A stretch of DNA of 64,000 nt, taken from positions 17,987,653 to 18,051,652 of the forward strand of contig NC_134028.1 of assembly GCF_964204645.1 (NCBI RefSeq), given 5' to 3'. Made by a program: the position numbers and the translations under genes. Source of the stretch: Tubulanus polymorphus (taxonomy: Eukaryota > Animalia > Nemertea). Under the pieces are notes generated by a model. That model was not told the origin of the DNA and made no database searches. It worked only from the letters and a program-made list of their open reading frames with translations. This document shows positions 44,501 through 59,500 of the stretch, one piece after another (position 1 is the stretch's first letter; the number at the start of each line of letters is the position of its first letter).

Positions 44501-47500
44501 GTGCCCATCATTTTTTACTATAAAGTAGGAAAATCAGTTGTAACTTTGAAGCTTCATAGAGGGAAAACTATAAGCGATATAGCTTAATGGTAATTGAAAA
44601 GTTTGTAGCGTATGACCCTTAGAAAATCTTCGTTTGGAAATTATTTTGTACCAAAGGAAGAAAGTTTCATATGTGATAATGGACGTCGCTAAAGTGAATG
44701 TCCATAATAATTTATCAACAGTTGCAGCCCCTAGGCTGTTTTCCCCTGATGGCCATAATTTGAATCGGTCAACAATTGCGGCCTCTAGTATTTTGAATCG
44801 AATCGACTCGATTTTAAATAGGGTTCTGGCCCAAGTGATACCCTACTTGTGTACCAAGTTTGAAATTAATCAGTCAACAATTGCGGCCTCTTGGCTATTA
44901 ACGTAATTTTTCATCTCGGCCCCCGGGTGGCCATTATTCGAATCGAATCGAGACAATTTTAAATAGGATTCGAGGCCAGGTGATACCCTACTTGTGTACC
45001 AAGTTTGAAATGAATCGGTCACCAATTGCAGCCTCTAGGCTGTTAACGTCGCTTTTCATGTTGGCCCCCTGGTGGCCATAATTTGAATCGATTGGGTTCT
45101 GGCCCAAGTGATTTCCTACTTGTGTACCAAGTTTGAAAACAATTGGTCAAAAATTGCGGCATCTAGGCTGTTAACATCATTTTTCACGTCAGCCCCCTCG
45201 TGGCCATAATTTGAATCAAATCGACCCAATTTTAAATAGGGTTCTGGCTCAGGTGATGTCCAACTTGTCTACCAAGTTTGAAATGAAGCGGTCACCAATT
45301 GTCACTCTAGGCTTTCGACCCGATTTTAAATAGGGTTAATCATCCAAGTGATACCCCACTTGTGTACCAAGTTTGAAATGAATCGGTCAACAATTGTGGC
45401 CTCTAGGCTGTTAACATCGTTTTTCATGTCTGCCCCCTGGTGGCCATAATTTGAATCGATTGGGTACTGGCCCAAGTGAATTTTGAAAACAATTGGTCAA
45501 CAATTGAGGCCTCTAGGCTGTTAACGTCACTTGCGGCGGCGTACAGGGGTAAATCTATATGCCCCCTCTCAACTAAAGTTGAGCCGGGGCCTAAAAATGT
45601 TTATCATCATCATAATCCAAAAGTGATACAGCGTTAGAAGTACAAACCTGAACATTAATGATAACTTGACATGTGTCAGACTTCGGTTCAGCATCGCTGA
45701 CTTTTATCGTCAAATGATACCTACAAAAAATGTTCCTAATGTATCTGTAGCAAATTTGCATGTGGCATATAAAGGTTTCACAGATATCTTATATTGTGGT
45801 AAGACATAGTCACAAATAAGGCTCGAGCCCAATTATTCAAATTCATGCATATGCCAGTTTGATTAGTTTAGGAATCAGCCGTTGTAGATGAACATTGTCA
45901 GGACATTATTGATCTTAGCGCATTTTCCTGGCACAGATCATTCAAAACCTACTGAGAATACATGTAACAAAAATTGGTGATATTTTTAAGTCAGATTAAT
46001 GTAGCCTATCTTCTAAATTGTTGTTCCCATCAGCTCCATTTTAAGAGGGTTTGACTATACTTTAAGAATTAAAGTTTACGAAAAAACTTTCTAAAGATGT
46101 AAAAAGGGTTTAACTAGGATAGCATGTATAGACAAAAGCGCAACTTTTTAATCTCAGACTTATACTTACACTCCTAGTCCACCTGGGGTACTCTCAAAAT
46201 CAATTGGAAGTTTAGCAGATATCAGGCCAGATGTTTCAGAAATCTGGAATAGATTTTTTCCATTACCACCATCTATAGTGTAACGAATGCGATTGTTGCC
46301 ATCTCTTTCACTATCTAAGTCAACTGCCTAAAAAATAAAAAAGTTTATGATATTAAGCAGCTACAGATATATTAACATATTTCATCTTTAGCTAATCTTA
46401 CATTGGCAGCTCTTAATTGCCAATAAATAAAACCTCACTTCAGTGGATAAAAGGAACTACTCAGAGCACTGTACATCATCAAAATCAAGTGTCGCCCAAA
46501 TAGCTTTTGTTTTTGACGATAAGTCAAGTCACATTTATATACACAATAATTATTCCGGTTCAACTCCATAATAGTTCAATATAGTTCCATTGTGGAGGAT
46601 TTTCTTTAATGAAGTGAGTGGTTCGGTTTCAAATTGCCGACCAATTCCACTTTCCAACAATTCCGATTTTAAATTGCCGACCAATTCTACTTGTCCACAA
46701 TTCCGATGATTTTGAATTGTTGAAGGGAAGATAACCTTTCAAGCAGAGACACAGCCCCTCGATCCCACCCTCCACTTTGTAACTATAAAGGGTAATCCAC
46801 GCACACCACACAGCCCCTCAATCCCAGCCACTTTAAATGAGGGTAATCCAGGCAAACACCCAGCCCCTCGATCCCAGCCACTTTATATAAGGGTAATCCA
46901 TGGACACACACACAGCCCCTCGATCCCAGCCACTTCATATAAGGGTAATCTAATTTTAGTTGTTATGAGTTGTGAATTACTGAAATATATCGGGTCTATG
47001 TGCTGAATTCAAGTCAGCACAAACTTCTAGTTTCATGTTAATATTCATGTGGTATTCAAAGTTTTACCCCCATTTATCTCAAAAGAGCAGCTTTATTGCA
47101 TAGTACATTCATCAACATGTGGTTTATGTCTCTTAAAGGTGTGGGTAACTGTACTGATCGTCTTAGTAGTCGTGTTAATCTTGCCAGCTACTGTGCCGAT
47201 TGAAGGTTAAAAAATTGGTCATATCTTGATCATATTTAAATGATTACAGTTCTGATGAAAATAATGATAATACCAATGCTTCACCATGAATTTGGTTAGC
47301 ATTGAATAGTAAAAACCCAATAAAACTTTCACTATGTGTGTGTACAGTCCATGTTGTATTCACAGCTATATAGTCTGTATGACGTCACACGCATGGCAAA
47401 TAGGCAGTGCGCATTCAGAAAATTCGCACACCACCAGTTATTCATTTTTCAAACCCATGTATTTATTCAAGTTCAGTGTTTACTAAAAATAACATTTTTT

Positions 47501-50500
47501 ATTGGTTTATGGGCAAGTTATCTATTGATTGAGATCATAATAAAAATTTTTACGAATAGGCTACACTTAATCTTTAACTCTTAGCTTGGCGCAGGTGACT
47601 GTAGTCGACACACTGGGGAACTGCCGCAGGCGACTGTAGTTGACAGCCCGACCTATCGCCCATTTTAAGTTTGTTTTTATGTCACAAGCGCCTCGCAGCA
47701 CATGGAGCGGTAGTTCTTAACGCACGGCAACTGCCGATACTCGAGAATCTTAACGCCGAAGTAATTTCAAATTCTGACATTTTGAAGAATTTTTACCTCA
47801 AAAACGCCTCATAAATTTGAAATTTTTGGATTTTGATAAAGATTCATACAATTAGACTGTAATAAGAAGCATAATGAAGGTTTTAATAATGGATATAGTA
47901 ATCTACAGTGTCTTTATTTATGAATATTCACAATGTAACACAAAATTGTGAGTATTCTGGCTATCTAGGGGGGTCTTTTTATTGTTATAATTTATTTTCT
48001 GAAAATTATAGCAATTTATAACAAATAATATACAATTCATAAATCATGATGTTTTTTACACAAATCATGTATAAATCAAAATAATTTATCATAGAGGAAG
48101 ATATAACAAGAAAATTAATTTTAGAAAATTATTTGACGCCTGGGAAAAAAATGTAGAATTTCTGGGCTAAGCTAATGTGGAATTGCAAATTTGAAATCAA
48201 AGTTTTAAGAAATTTGGGGAATGATGAGATTTGGCGATTGGATAGATGATACAGGTCTTCGACTCTAGTAGTGGTTTAAATTTTTTTATTGAAAATTCTC
48301 AATAATTGATCGCGAACTTGCGACCGACTTCATTTACTTATGCCTCTAAGCTGGTCTGCAACTTCATTGCCTCCATGGATGAAGAAAGAGCTCTTCTGAT
48401 GTCTGCTTCATTATGACTTCGAGCATATCGTGTGGCCTAGCCAGCCGGCCCGGTCCCGGGCCACGCGTTTGGCTGTCACTCGATTTCCTAGAGTCTTGAG
48501 TCTGGGTGGGTTGAAGTAGACATTGTCATTTAAAATAACATGCTTATGTTGTTCTGTATGAATTACCCGTGTGTCATGTATGTTGTATTAATTTATTTTA
48601 AAATTTGTATTTATTGAATTTGGGAATTTTATCCCGGAATTTCAATGTAATAAGGATCAATAAAGAATTGAATTGAATTGTCACCTAATACACATGCCAT
48701 CAGAGGACACGGAGCCGTATATGACAGCTATGCTATTATAAATTGCTAATCTCACGAAACTTGCATACTCCTAATATCAAACATATTTTCACAAACGATT
48801 GAATATTGAAATTATATGTTTACACATTTTCATATTAACCGCTTGTAGCCGCTGTGAAATTTACGCCGGCCCTACACACATCGTAGATAGCTTCGTCATT
48901 CCACCGGCATGCCCACGTCAGGGTCTGACTTTTATATCAGACTTCCGCATCGTGTATACATCCGCCATTTAACCGAATAATCCGATTTACTTATCATTTC
49001 TATTTATGCCTGCCGCTTCTGATATAATCATACATCCTTTACTATTACAATACGTCTTCTAATGATATTCAATGCAATATAACATTTCGACGTTCAAATA
49101 TAGGTCATTATATAATCACAGGAAGCCATTCTACATCAATGTCAATAATATTTTGCCAGATAGCTTGTTTGTGTACACATAAACCTGTGACGCTTTGCAC
49201 ATCGATTTACGGCTGTCGTTTGTAAAATGACGCTGAATGGTTAGCATTGTTTAGGTTTCATAATGGTAACGTTTTATAAGGCGTCAAAAAAAGCATAGGT
49301 TGTAGGATATACCACCCCAAAAAAGATTACATTAGAACTAGGGGTCCAGGGACACCATGCCCACTTGGGAAGTGGTTTCAAATGCTTAACAATCTAACAA
49401 TTTCAATATTCAATGCCCCCTGGTGACCATTTACAAAAACCAATGACCTTAAAACTCACCACAATCATAGAACATGTCAGCAGCTACGATTTTGTAATTG
49501 ATTGTGATAACAAAATATGCCTCCTAACCAATTTAATATGGAAATACTAAGTCATTCTACTATTCGATGCCCCTGGTGACCATATTCAAAACCCAGTGAC
49601 CTCGAAACTCACCACAATCATAGAACATGTCATGAACTACAAATTTGCAATTGATCATGGTAACAAAATATGCCTAGGTACCAATATAATAAGGAAATAC
49701 TAAGTTATTCTACTATTCAACGCCCCCTGGTGACCATATAGAAAAACTTATGTCCTTAAAACTCGCAACAATCATAGATGATGTCATGAGCTACAACTTT
49801 CCAATTGATTGTGGTTACAAAATATTCATAGGTACGAATATAATAAAGAAATGCTAAGATATTGTATTATTCAACGCCTCCTGGTGGCCATGTACGAAAT
49901 CCAATTACCTTGAAACTCACCACAATCATAGAATACGTTATGAGCTACAACTTTCTAATTGATTGTGGTAGCAAAATACGCTTAGCAGGGATGATAACAG
50001 ACCATTATTGAAAAGGCGGAAACGAGCGCCGTAGGCGCGAAGTAATTACGGGGGGTCTGGGGGCCCTCCCCCAGAAAATTTTTGATTTTCACATCATCTC
50101 AGATCGTTTTTCAGCAGTTTTCCGATTGAAATTTCACTCAGCAAAGCCAAAAAATCAAACAACATCGTCCATGTTTTACACAACACACTGCTAGTTCCAA
50201 GACGGCAGGGACATAATTGATGCAGAGACAACTATAATGTAACTAGTAGGTTCGAATCCCACATTGATCAATCTTCTTGAAAGCGACGATCACTTGCCCA
50301 CGCAATAGATAATTGAATTAGACTTTATTTTCCAGCATGCATCATTAAAGCACTAATTTTTAATAAACTGATATCACAACAAGCTAGATTTCCATAAAAA
50401 AAACTTAAATAGAACAGTGGGTTATCTTATGAATTTTCTAACGAAGTAAGGTTTGGAAAAATATTCTATAAAACACATGTACACATCATTACCAATCTAA

Positions 50501-53500
50501 ACATACTACATGTACATAGTCAGTACAGTCAGTCGGCATCATTTTATTTAACAAAACACATAAATGTTTTTCCAATAGTGGACAAGCCAGAGATTACTTC
50601 TTTTTTAATAGTCTTACAAGTTCCATCTGCTTATGTCTTTTAGCTTGTCGTTGTTTTGCACGCATAGCAGATACATGTGCCTCTCGGGCTTTCTTTGCAG
50701 CTGAGATGCACTGTTCGCGGGCTTTGCGTTTTGAAACTTTCTTAACCTCTTTAGCCTGAAGTTCCTCCATACGAGCCGCTTTCTTATCTTTTTCACCCTG
50801 CAATTCATCCTTGTATCGTTTAGCTGCAGTGTTCATATTTTTAACGAGATTTGGACACACAGGGTCATGAAGAATATCTTCTCTTTTGAAAAAGTCTACA
50901 GCTGACGTTTTGCCTAATCCGTATTTCACACTCTGGATTGCGCTGAAAGATTTGACATGAAGTCTATTGGTTGTGCTGTTCAGAATTTCGCCCATAATGC
51001 TAAACGAGCTCTCGACAACTGGGCAACTGAAACAGCTAAGTAAAGCAAATACCATGCGACAGAGGTATGGATATTTGCCCAAATCATGTACAGCAGCCCA
51101 CCAGGAATCGATTCTAACTTGCTTTCCATCTTTATCAACTGCTGCTGGCAGACTGGAATCCGAGTGGAATTTATGCACTTCTAATTTATAACAGTTGATC
51201 TCCGTTTCATTAGCCAGAACATTGACGACTAATTGTGGGAGTTTTTTCATATATTTCAGTGCCGTTTCATGTCGCTGGCATTTTGGGTCTATTGCCGAGA
51301 TATACCGGAGAAGTTTATTGTCGATAGGCATTTTTTTAGCGAGGTACTGGGCGGTATTGAGATAGGCCCTCTCGACACGATCATGAAAGTCTTTGACAAA
51401 CTGGGATGATTTATTTTCCCCCGCAATTATTTGGGATGCAGATTCGCCTATGAACATCTCAGTGGTTGGCAGGAGGTTTTCTGAGATTATCAGAGAAGAC
51501 AACTTTCGATCCGATTCAGGAATTGCAGATGGTTTAACACAAAGGGAAATGAAATCCCTGAATAATTGACATTGCTCATCATTGAGCTTGTGGACACATG
51601 GCTCTTCAACAGTTTGGAATAAGAGTACATATCTTTTTAGAACTGGCAATACCGCCGTGTAAAAATGCACATAAAGCTTAAGCTTTTTACGCTGAATGAT
51701 GAGTTTATCGATAATTCGTAGCTTTCTTTCTTTTCCTTCCGCTGTCAGATTTTTCCATTTGGCGGCAGCAGCAACATAGATTTTTTTGATCTCATCTTTC
51801 GTGGGTTCAGACAAGTTAAATTTGCGATATATGTCAACACATAGAGCCAAATACACGATTTTGTCTTTCTGTATAAATCCATAGTACAGCAGAGTATATC
51901 CATCGATTTTGCGAATAAGGTCTGACGCCGCATCATGGACCGATAGCCATCGGGTTCCGACGTACCGCTCGGGCATCGAAAACCCAATGCCTAAGAGATC
52001 AAGGATAATTTGGAGCCAGTTTTCTACGTCCTTAGAAAAATGCAAATCACTTGCAATATCGGTTATCAATTTCTCTATGAATCCATCAAATTCTTTTGTG
52101 AAATGTTTCGCGGCGTTGTGAGTGTGATGTATCGAATCACCGTCGATGTCAAGCAAATGCTGGGCCAAATTATCCTTTATTAACTTCTCCAAGCCAGTTT
52201 TACTACCTCTCATGACGTTACAGCTGTCGAGGAGGACAGACATTAATCGGTTATAATCTAAATCACGCTGCTGGAAAACCTCAACCAAAGCACTATAAAC
52301 AGATGCGCTAGTGGTAGAAATAAGATTACATGAGGCCAAATGTCTGACAACAACTTGTCTCTCCTTCTCACTAAAGTAACTGACAAGGATCGACAGAACT
52401 TTTTTTGTGGATTGGCTTGTAGCCTCATCGATGTTTAGTGAATAGAACGTATTTCTGAGTTCATCCGCTAACTGTTCTTCGGTGGTTTGCGCCAGACCCA
52501 GTCGCATCTTATATGAAGCCGCTAAACGACCCATAGACAATTTGCTTAATGCTGCCCGATCCATGGCAAGTGCTTTTGCCAACTCAATCAATTTTGGAGA
52601 CTGAGAAAACGGCAATGAGTTTTCAGCAATATATGAAAGAACTAAAGCCTCCTGGCTTACGACCCGGTCCGATATTGGGACTTTAGGTTTAGCGGTCGTC
52701 GTAACGGCCTGTTGTTCATTATTTGGATTTTGGAATATTGGGCAGATCCCGTAAGATCGACCAACATCGGCTCCCGAACTACCTGAAAGTGAATGCAAAT
52801 TCTAGTTCTTTATTCGGTTTGATTTTACAATTTAAGAAAAACTTGAAAATCGTCTAATTTTATTTACAAATATTAACCTGTGTGGCATGTGAACGTAGGC
52901 CTACTTACCTGGAAGTACGTAATTAGATCTCCGTTCTTTGACGATTTCAACGTGTTTCTGAGTTTTAGCGTGGTTTTCAAGCGCAATTCGACCCTTACTT
53001 CCGTATTTTATTTCTGTTTGGCACCAGAGACAATAAGCTTTCCCCGGTATGTCTATCTTCCTCACGAAGTCAGCGAGAGGAATCCCATCAACCATTTTCT
53101 CCAGCCAATCCCACTTCCATAGGTTTTTTTTAAATTCTTTTTGGTCGATTGTCCTGGGGTCAATCGTCCCAACTCTCTCAACAATTTTCCACATGATTCT
53201 ATATCGCAATTTCACACTACGCACACGTGTTTAAAACACAAGCATGTACTATTAAAAACGACCACCGCTCGGTGAAAAATCAATAATGTAGATACATGTA
53301 TATACATATATCCAGACACGCGCTCGCCAACCGACAGAGAAAACTTTGTTAGTATACAAATGCCGCTAAATGATCGCATTTAAAAATAGATCGGGAAACG
53401 ATTTTATGGTCATGCCAATCTATCCTTACAATGCTGGAAAACCACAGTCATCGTCCTAACCCCCACCCCATTTTTTCAACGGATATGCATTGATCTGAGA

Positions 53501-56500
53501 AATGATAAAAATTGATTGAAAAGGCGGAAATCCGCCGATCGGCGGAAAATTATCATCCCTGGCTTAGGTATCAATATAATGTGGAAAAACTTTTTCCCAC
53601 TTACGAATGAGTACTGGTGACACCAAGATGGCCCCCAATTGCGTCATAATTGGCTGATGAAAAATACCTGTCTCAGGTACAAAACATCCCTTTCCAAAGA
53701 ACACCCATCACAAATTTTAATGAAAAATGGCAAACCAGTAGGAAGCTACAGGACTCAGAATTCGGGCCAAAATTAACATTTTTGGGCACTAAAAAGGTCA
53801 TAGGACGGCCATCTTGAGTCCGACCGACCCAATTTTTGTTATGTTGATGGGCCCTGGGGGGATTCACATATATCCGAAAGATCAAGGTAATTGATCAAAG
53901 CGTCTTCAAAATTTCCCTCAAAAAGTTCAAAAATGCGTAAAAAGTCCTGATTTTGGCGAACGACAATGGCTGCCAGTCGGCCATCTTGATTCTGACAGGG
54001 CCAGTTTTTGGGCTGAAGATGTGTCTAGGGTAGATACATGTGTAACCCAAATATCAAGACGTTACCTTGAAGCGTCTTCATAACTTCCCAAAATAACTGG
54101 ATTCCGTCTACGGACGGACGGACGGACGACGGACGAAAAGTGAACGCAATAGCCCACTGAGACTAAAGTCCCAAGTGGGCTAAAAAGAGAAGAAAAACTA
54201 TTCTATATTTTCAAACTTTTTCAATGTATGAAAAATATTCCAATAAAATTAATATGACGTCACATATCAGAGGGTGGCTGAATATTGAGTCTTGAAAACG
54301 AAACCTCTCCCAATGTATGGCTGCGGAAGCTAAAACAGCGGGGTGTAGTATTAGATCGTTTTAAATCCTGGAATTTACCATTACAATATTCAGACCTCGA
54401 CCTATACCTATAGTTTGCTGCTTAGTATTTTCAGGTCACAAGAAATTACAATTTATTACAAATTCTGTCAAACAGAAAACACAGCGCTCATCTTCTGCTA
54501 CGACGATTATTCAGCCTGTTATCATACCAAACATGCACGCGCTAAGCAGCGTTCAACAGCACCATATAGTAGTCCGTATGAGCGTGTTTGTGTGTGCACT
54601 CCCGCGCACGTGGAGGCCTTGTGTAGTGAATGGTTGCTTCACTTCAATCTGAATCAAAACAATCACCGGGTATCAAAATGAAACAATACCTATGGCGATA
54701 TGTGAAATAATTATATTCTCACCAGCAATGAGCATTTAAAATTTGCACATATACGGCACCTAGTCCAATGAAACGTTCGCCATTAATGGCTTTCCCATAA
54801 TTATTTTAGTAGCGCCGGAATTCCCCGTATATCCCCAAAACAGCCAATCACATTCGCTCGTAGAGACGACGCCCCCCCCAATCGAGGTCATTGCAATTTT
54901 ATACGCAAGAACTAAGAATTTTCCCGGCAAGAACAGTTTTTCGTCGAATTCAAACGAAGTTGACCATGTCATCAAGGGAGGTTCGTCATGTCTTCAATTG
55001 CATCGATTATACGTTATTCAACCCGAGAACCAATCAAAAGAATGCTCACATAAAAAAACATACCTCGATTCTACATGAATCGACTCAATGCTAACCTCAT
55101 ACTGCTGACAAAGGTAAACCAAAAAATGTACTGAAAAGTCTGAAAAATCTGAAAAGTCACTGCAAAATTCATAGAAAATCATAAGCGGGTCACCAAAAAA
55201 TCTGTGTATATCTAATCAATAGGAAGATAGCAACTTGTCCTTTAAATGTGTTTTAAAGATTTTGATGGATGGCAGGGTTAAATGAAGTGATAAATTACTC
55301 CAAATTTTGGGTCCATTCATTTCTATAGAAGATTTTTTAAGTATGATTTAAACTGTTCATATATGTAATATTTCTGTTGCTACACAATCCAGTACGTCGC
55401 ATATTCATAAATGGAGGGAATTAATTTTTGAAAACATCAGGTAGTTTGTTATTCGTATAAAGATACATAAACTGTCCACTTTGCCAAAAATTGATGTCAT
55501 TTAATTCTAAGATTTTGTTATCTTTGAATATGGGGGAGATATGGGCTAATTAAGCTAAAAACTTTTTGACATTGCTTTACCCAAAAGCGACAATGATCTT
55601 GTCAACAAGTGATTATTTTCCGATTTTTGTAAGGGACCCTCTTGTTACCGGATTGAATCTGAGATGTTTGAGTCCTGTGTGTGCCAGATAATTTGCATGT
55701 TACTGAAAACAACTCATTAGATCCTCCTAACTTCCAAACTATTGTATATAGGGCATTGAAACTTCACCAAGCAGTAATTTAAAGTCAAAGTAAGAACTAC
55801 TACTCAACCCGCTGCGAGGCGCTTGTGACATAAAATCAAACTTTATATTGCGAGATAGGTTGCGCTGTCGACTACAGTCGCCTACGGCAGTTCCCCAGTG
55901 TGTCGACTACAGTCGCCTGCAGCAAGTTAAGGGTTAAGAGGACTAGCAAGAGGTTTTAGTTAATATAACTAAACTTGGTGATCCCTAAAGGTTCCATCGA
56001 ATGTAGAAATAAGATATGTGTGTTTGAAAGTAAATTTCTGCTGATAAGAACTGGGTAAACTCAATTCCATGATAATGACCACACCAAATCATTATCTTCA
56101 TATTACCTAACATTATTTACCCTTAAAATAAATAAAACACCATGTAATATTGGTAATTTACACCTGATTGGTTGGAATGCTTACCTTAACTTGTAATGGT
56201 GGATTCGGCAATGATTCTTGTTCGCGTATGAATCCCACATATTTAGGTATTTCACATTGTGGAGTATTGTCGTTAGCATCAAGTATATTGATCACTAATG
56301 GTTTTGATACAGTCTGTCCGGTGCCCGAATGATCAGTTGCCACAAAATTCAGCAAATAAGTTCTAGTTTGTTCATAATCAATGCAGTTACCAGACCCAGG
56401 TGTTGGGCAGTTAGCAACAGTTATCAAGCCAGATATTGTGTTTACGTGGAACCTAAAATAAATAGAGAATAAGTATACCACTGGGAATAGCAAATCGTAC

Positions 56501-59500
56501 TTTATTCCAGCAAGGAATGAAGAAGCCTGAATTTACATGTCTATTAAGATGTTGTATTATTCGTGTATTATTAATCATATGAGGACAAAAAGCGGATGTA
56601 ACGTATGGACCACTAAAGGACTTGGCAATCAATCTAGTACAGCCAAGAAGTTTACAATATTTCATGTTGATCACTGGGCGTAAATGACCTAGGTTAGGCT
56701 TAGTGCAATCACAACTGGACAGATGACCACTAAATGCTGAAAGGGAGCATCTCAAAATTTCAATAGTTCCGTCAATTAGAATAACTGTCTAATTGGTTTT
56801 AAATCCCCCACCCCCCTTTGATTCGACACATGCCAAAGTTCGAACTATTGATTTTCTAATGAGAGACCACACACAAAGATAAAACATTCTCACGAGTGTA
56901 TTTCGATCATAACTTAATTGAAAAATAAATTAGCAAAATTACAAGTGGAAAACCTATTAAACTCTAATAGACTTTATAAACAAAATCAAATATATCTAAA
57001 ATACCAACAGACGGTTAAATCTACTGCTTGTAACATATATATTCGAACCTGCAATTCAATTCAATGTTATCTTTATTGCACCAGAATAAATTGATAGTTC
57101 AGCAGTCGTGATGAATCCGTGGGAGGCCTTAATCCCCCGACCCCTTCAGCAAGTTATTCTTATTGAAGTAACAATCCAAATTTTGAGATGCTCCCTAAAA
57201 TGATTTGGACTGCAATTTAGACATTTTTGCAATTCGAAAATTTATGAAAATTTCAAGGAACAATATCAACACATTATCGGCATCATCGAGATAAAGTATT
57301 CAAGATACTATTCTGTAAGATGATTTATGAAACCGCACCAAAAATGGCGGCGCTAAGGAAGAAATTGAGTCATGTGGCTTGTGGCGGCGCCACCATACGG
57401 TACGGAGTACTCCAAAAAATGTTTAGCGGTATAGTTCCCAAACTAAGGTAACTTCTAAAATGTGCCCAACGTAATGTATCCTGAAGGAAATATACCATAC
57501 GTTTACATCGTGGCGTAGTCTCTTTCAAGCACTGTTTGACTATTGCAAAAAGCCCAAGTTTATGATGCGCTATCAGTAAGATTATCGCTCTTGGTTGGAT
57601 AAGCCAAAAGTATCTTCCAGTCAAGACTTTTTTTCAGTATTGTATATATAAAAGAAATGAAAACTTAGTTACCGATGATATAGTTTGTAAGGACTTTTTG
57701 TCAATATATAACAAATGATGAAAGAATTCCACTTAACAATGCTCTTACAAATGGCAACTTAAATGAGGATGATATCTTGGACGCACTTTCGAGCCAAAGT
57801 TGCAAGTCCCATCCAAACCCTGGAAACCTACATCAAATTGTTGTTGAATTGGGCTGCAAAGAACTACTACATGAGCCGAGCTTTATCAAAGATTGCTTTG
57901 TTGAAGCATGGAATCATTGTAGGTTTGATGTCGAAACTGAGCTGAATAGTATTAACCAACTGTTACAAATCACAACAGAAAATGTCATAAATATCTTCGA
58001 TGTGCCATTACAACTGCACCTAGGCAGAGGAAGATGTTCTGAAGCATCTCAAACAGTTTATAAAAAGTTTAGACAAAAATCAATTGTCAAGTTTCATGTG
58101 GTATTGTACTGGTTCAGCTGACATGGGTCTGGAAATTGGTAGTTCTTACCACAATATACACGTTCGCTTCACATATTTGCTCACACATGTGGTCGTGTAC
58201 CTGTATTGCCGATACAATACGACAACTACAATCGGAATTAATGGGGATTCAGGTCCGAGGTGTGGGTAATGGATTTCGTTTAAATCCTGCTATAATTCCT
58301 GGCTCACAAACACATATCAATTTCTATGAAAAGGAATTAGCGATATTGTTCCTAATGTAATTTGATGTTACATATCTATTTCGAATATTGATATTTCAAT
58401 TTTCAATTTGTTGCTAGTATATTTGGTGGCAACTCATACATAAATCTGTAAAACTGTACATTAGTAATAATACTGTAGTAGTCCTGATAGTCTAGTAAGA
58501 CTTCAATGATCTGACCTTAGATTTCCTGATGCATACTGATTGTCACGTTTTGGCATTGTTATAGTTTTGGTTTCCAAGTTATGGGCAACATGTCACATCA
58601 AGTAATTCCTTTGCTATGTTTACAATAATATAGATGTTACCAAATTTGTAGACTGCTTTATTCTTTTTTCTCTGTAACATTGATTAATACCTGATCGTGT
58701 TTACTGATTGACTAACACATAGTCCGTAATTCAATAAACTAGATCGTACTCATACTTATACATGTACTTTAATTAATTTGAATTAACAATAAAATTCCTA
58801 ATTTAACCATAAACTTCTAGCTCATAATTTGAAGTCAAATTAGTGTCTATGAATCTAAAAATGCTACATCGAACAAAAACGTTTTAAAGACCCGACTTAA
58901 ACAGAGCGAGGTCATGAATCGATCGAATATGACTCGGTAAAGAGTTCCAGAGGCACGGCGCCAAATGGCCAAAGGATTTGTAGCCAAATGTTTTAAGGCG
59001 ATACGGTGGAACACGTAGTTGATTGCTAGAACTATATCGTAATGATCGAGGTGGATGATACTCTCTAAGAAAGTTGCTGAGGTAGACCGGAGATAATCCA
59101 TGTAAGCATTTGAACACAGTTAACAACACTTTAAATATGATGCGCTCACGAACTGGCAGCAAGTGCAGCGATTTAAGAACCGGAGTAATGTGTTCACGGA
59201 TTATGGTACGGGTAACCATACGTGCTGCCCGATTTTGAATGAGCTGTAATTTTCGAAGCGATGATTCAATGATACCAACTAGACATGCATTACAATAATC
59301 CAAACGATATAGAATCATAGTCTGCCTTAGTAATTTTGCAGCAGATGGAGTCAGCTGACGTCGGACTAACCCAATACCCCAAAGATGGAATGATGCACAA
59401 CGGATTACATTTTTTACATGCGAGTCTATAGACAGCTGAGAGTCGAAGATAACACCGAGATTGCGAATCGGAACAGATGAAATCGGAATGTTATAGCCGG

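Larger units (their letters stand above)
49336..54186. mobile_element. Helentron/DINE-1-like (HINE) element, family A, with four ~153-bp tandem units; interrupted by the hAT transposon
   Basis: Begins AACTAGGGGTCCAGGGACACC; (GGAC)n microsatellite at ~54110; terminal hairpin AGCCCACT...AGTGGGCT followed by AAAAA. Confidence 0.72.

Noticed and set aside
50240-50265. GGTTCGAATCCC B-box-like motif (also reversed at ~62685)
   Set aside because: No cloverleaf or A-box context, so no tRNA is called.
50967-52121. Short + strand and alternative-frame ORFs overlapping the transposase
   Set aside because: Shadow ORFs of the real coding frame with no recognisable motifs.
57371-57405. Possible left terminus of the IS3EU-like element
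   Set aside because: The similar sequence is in the same orientation as the 61239 end and no matching GAATAA TSD is present.
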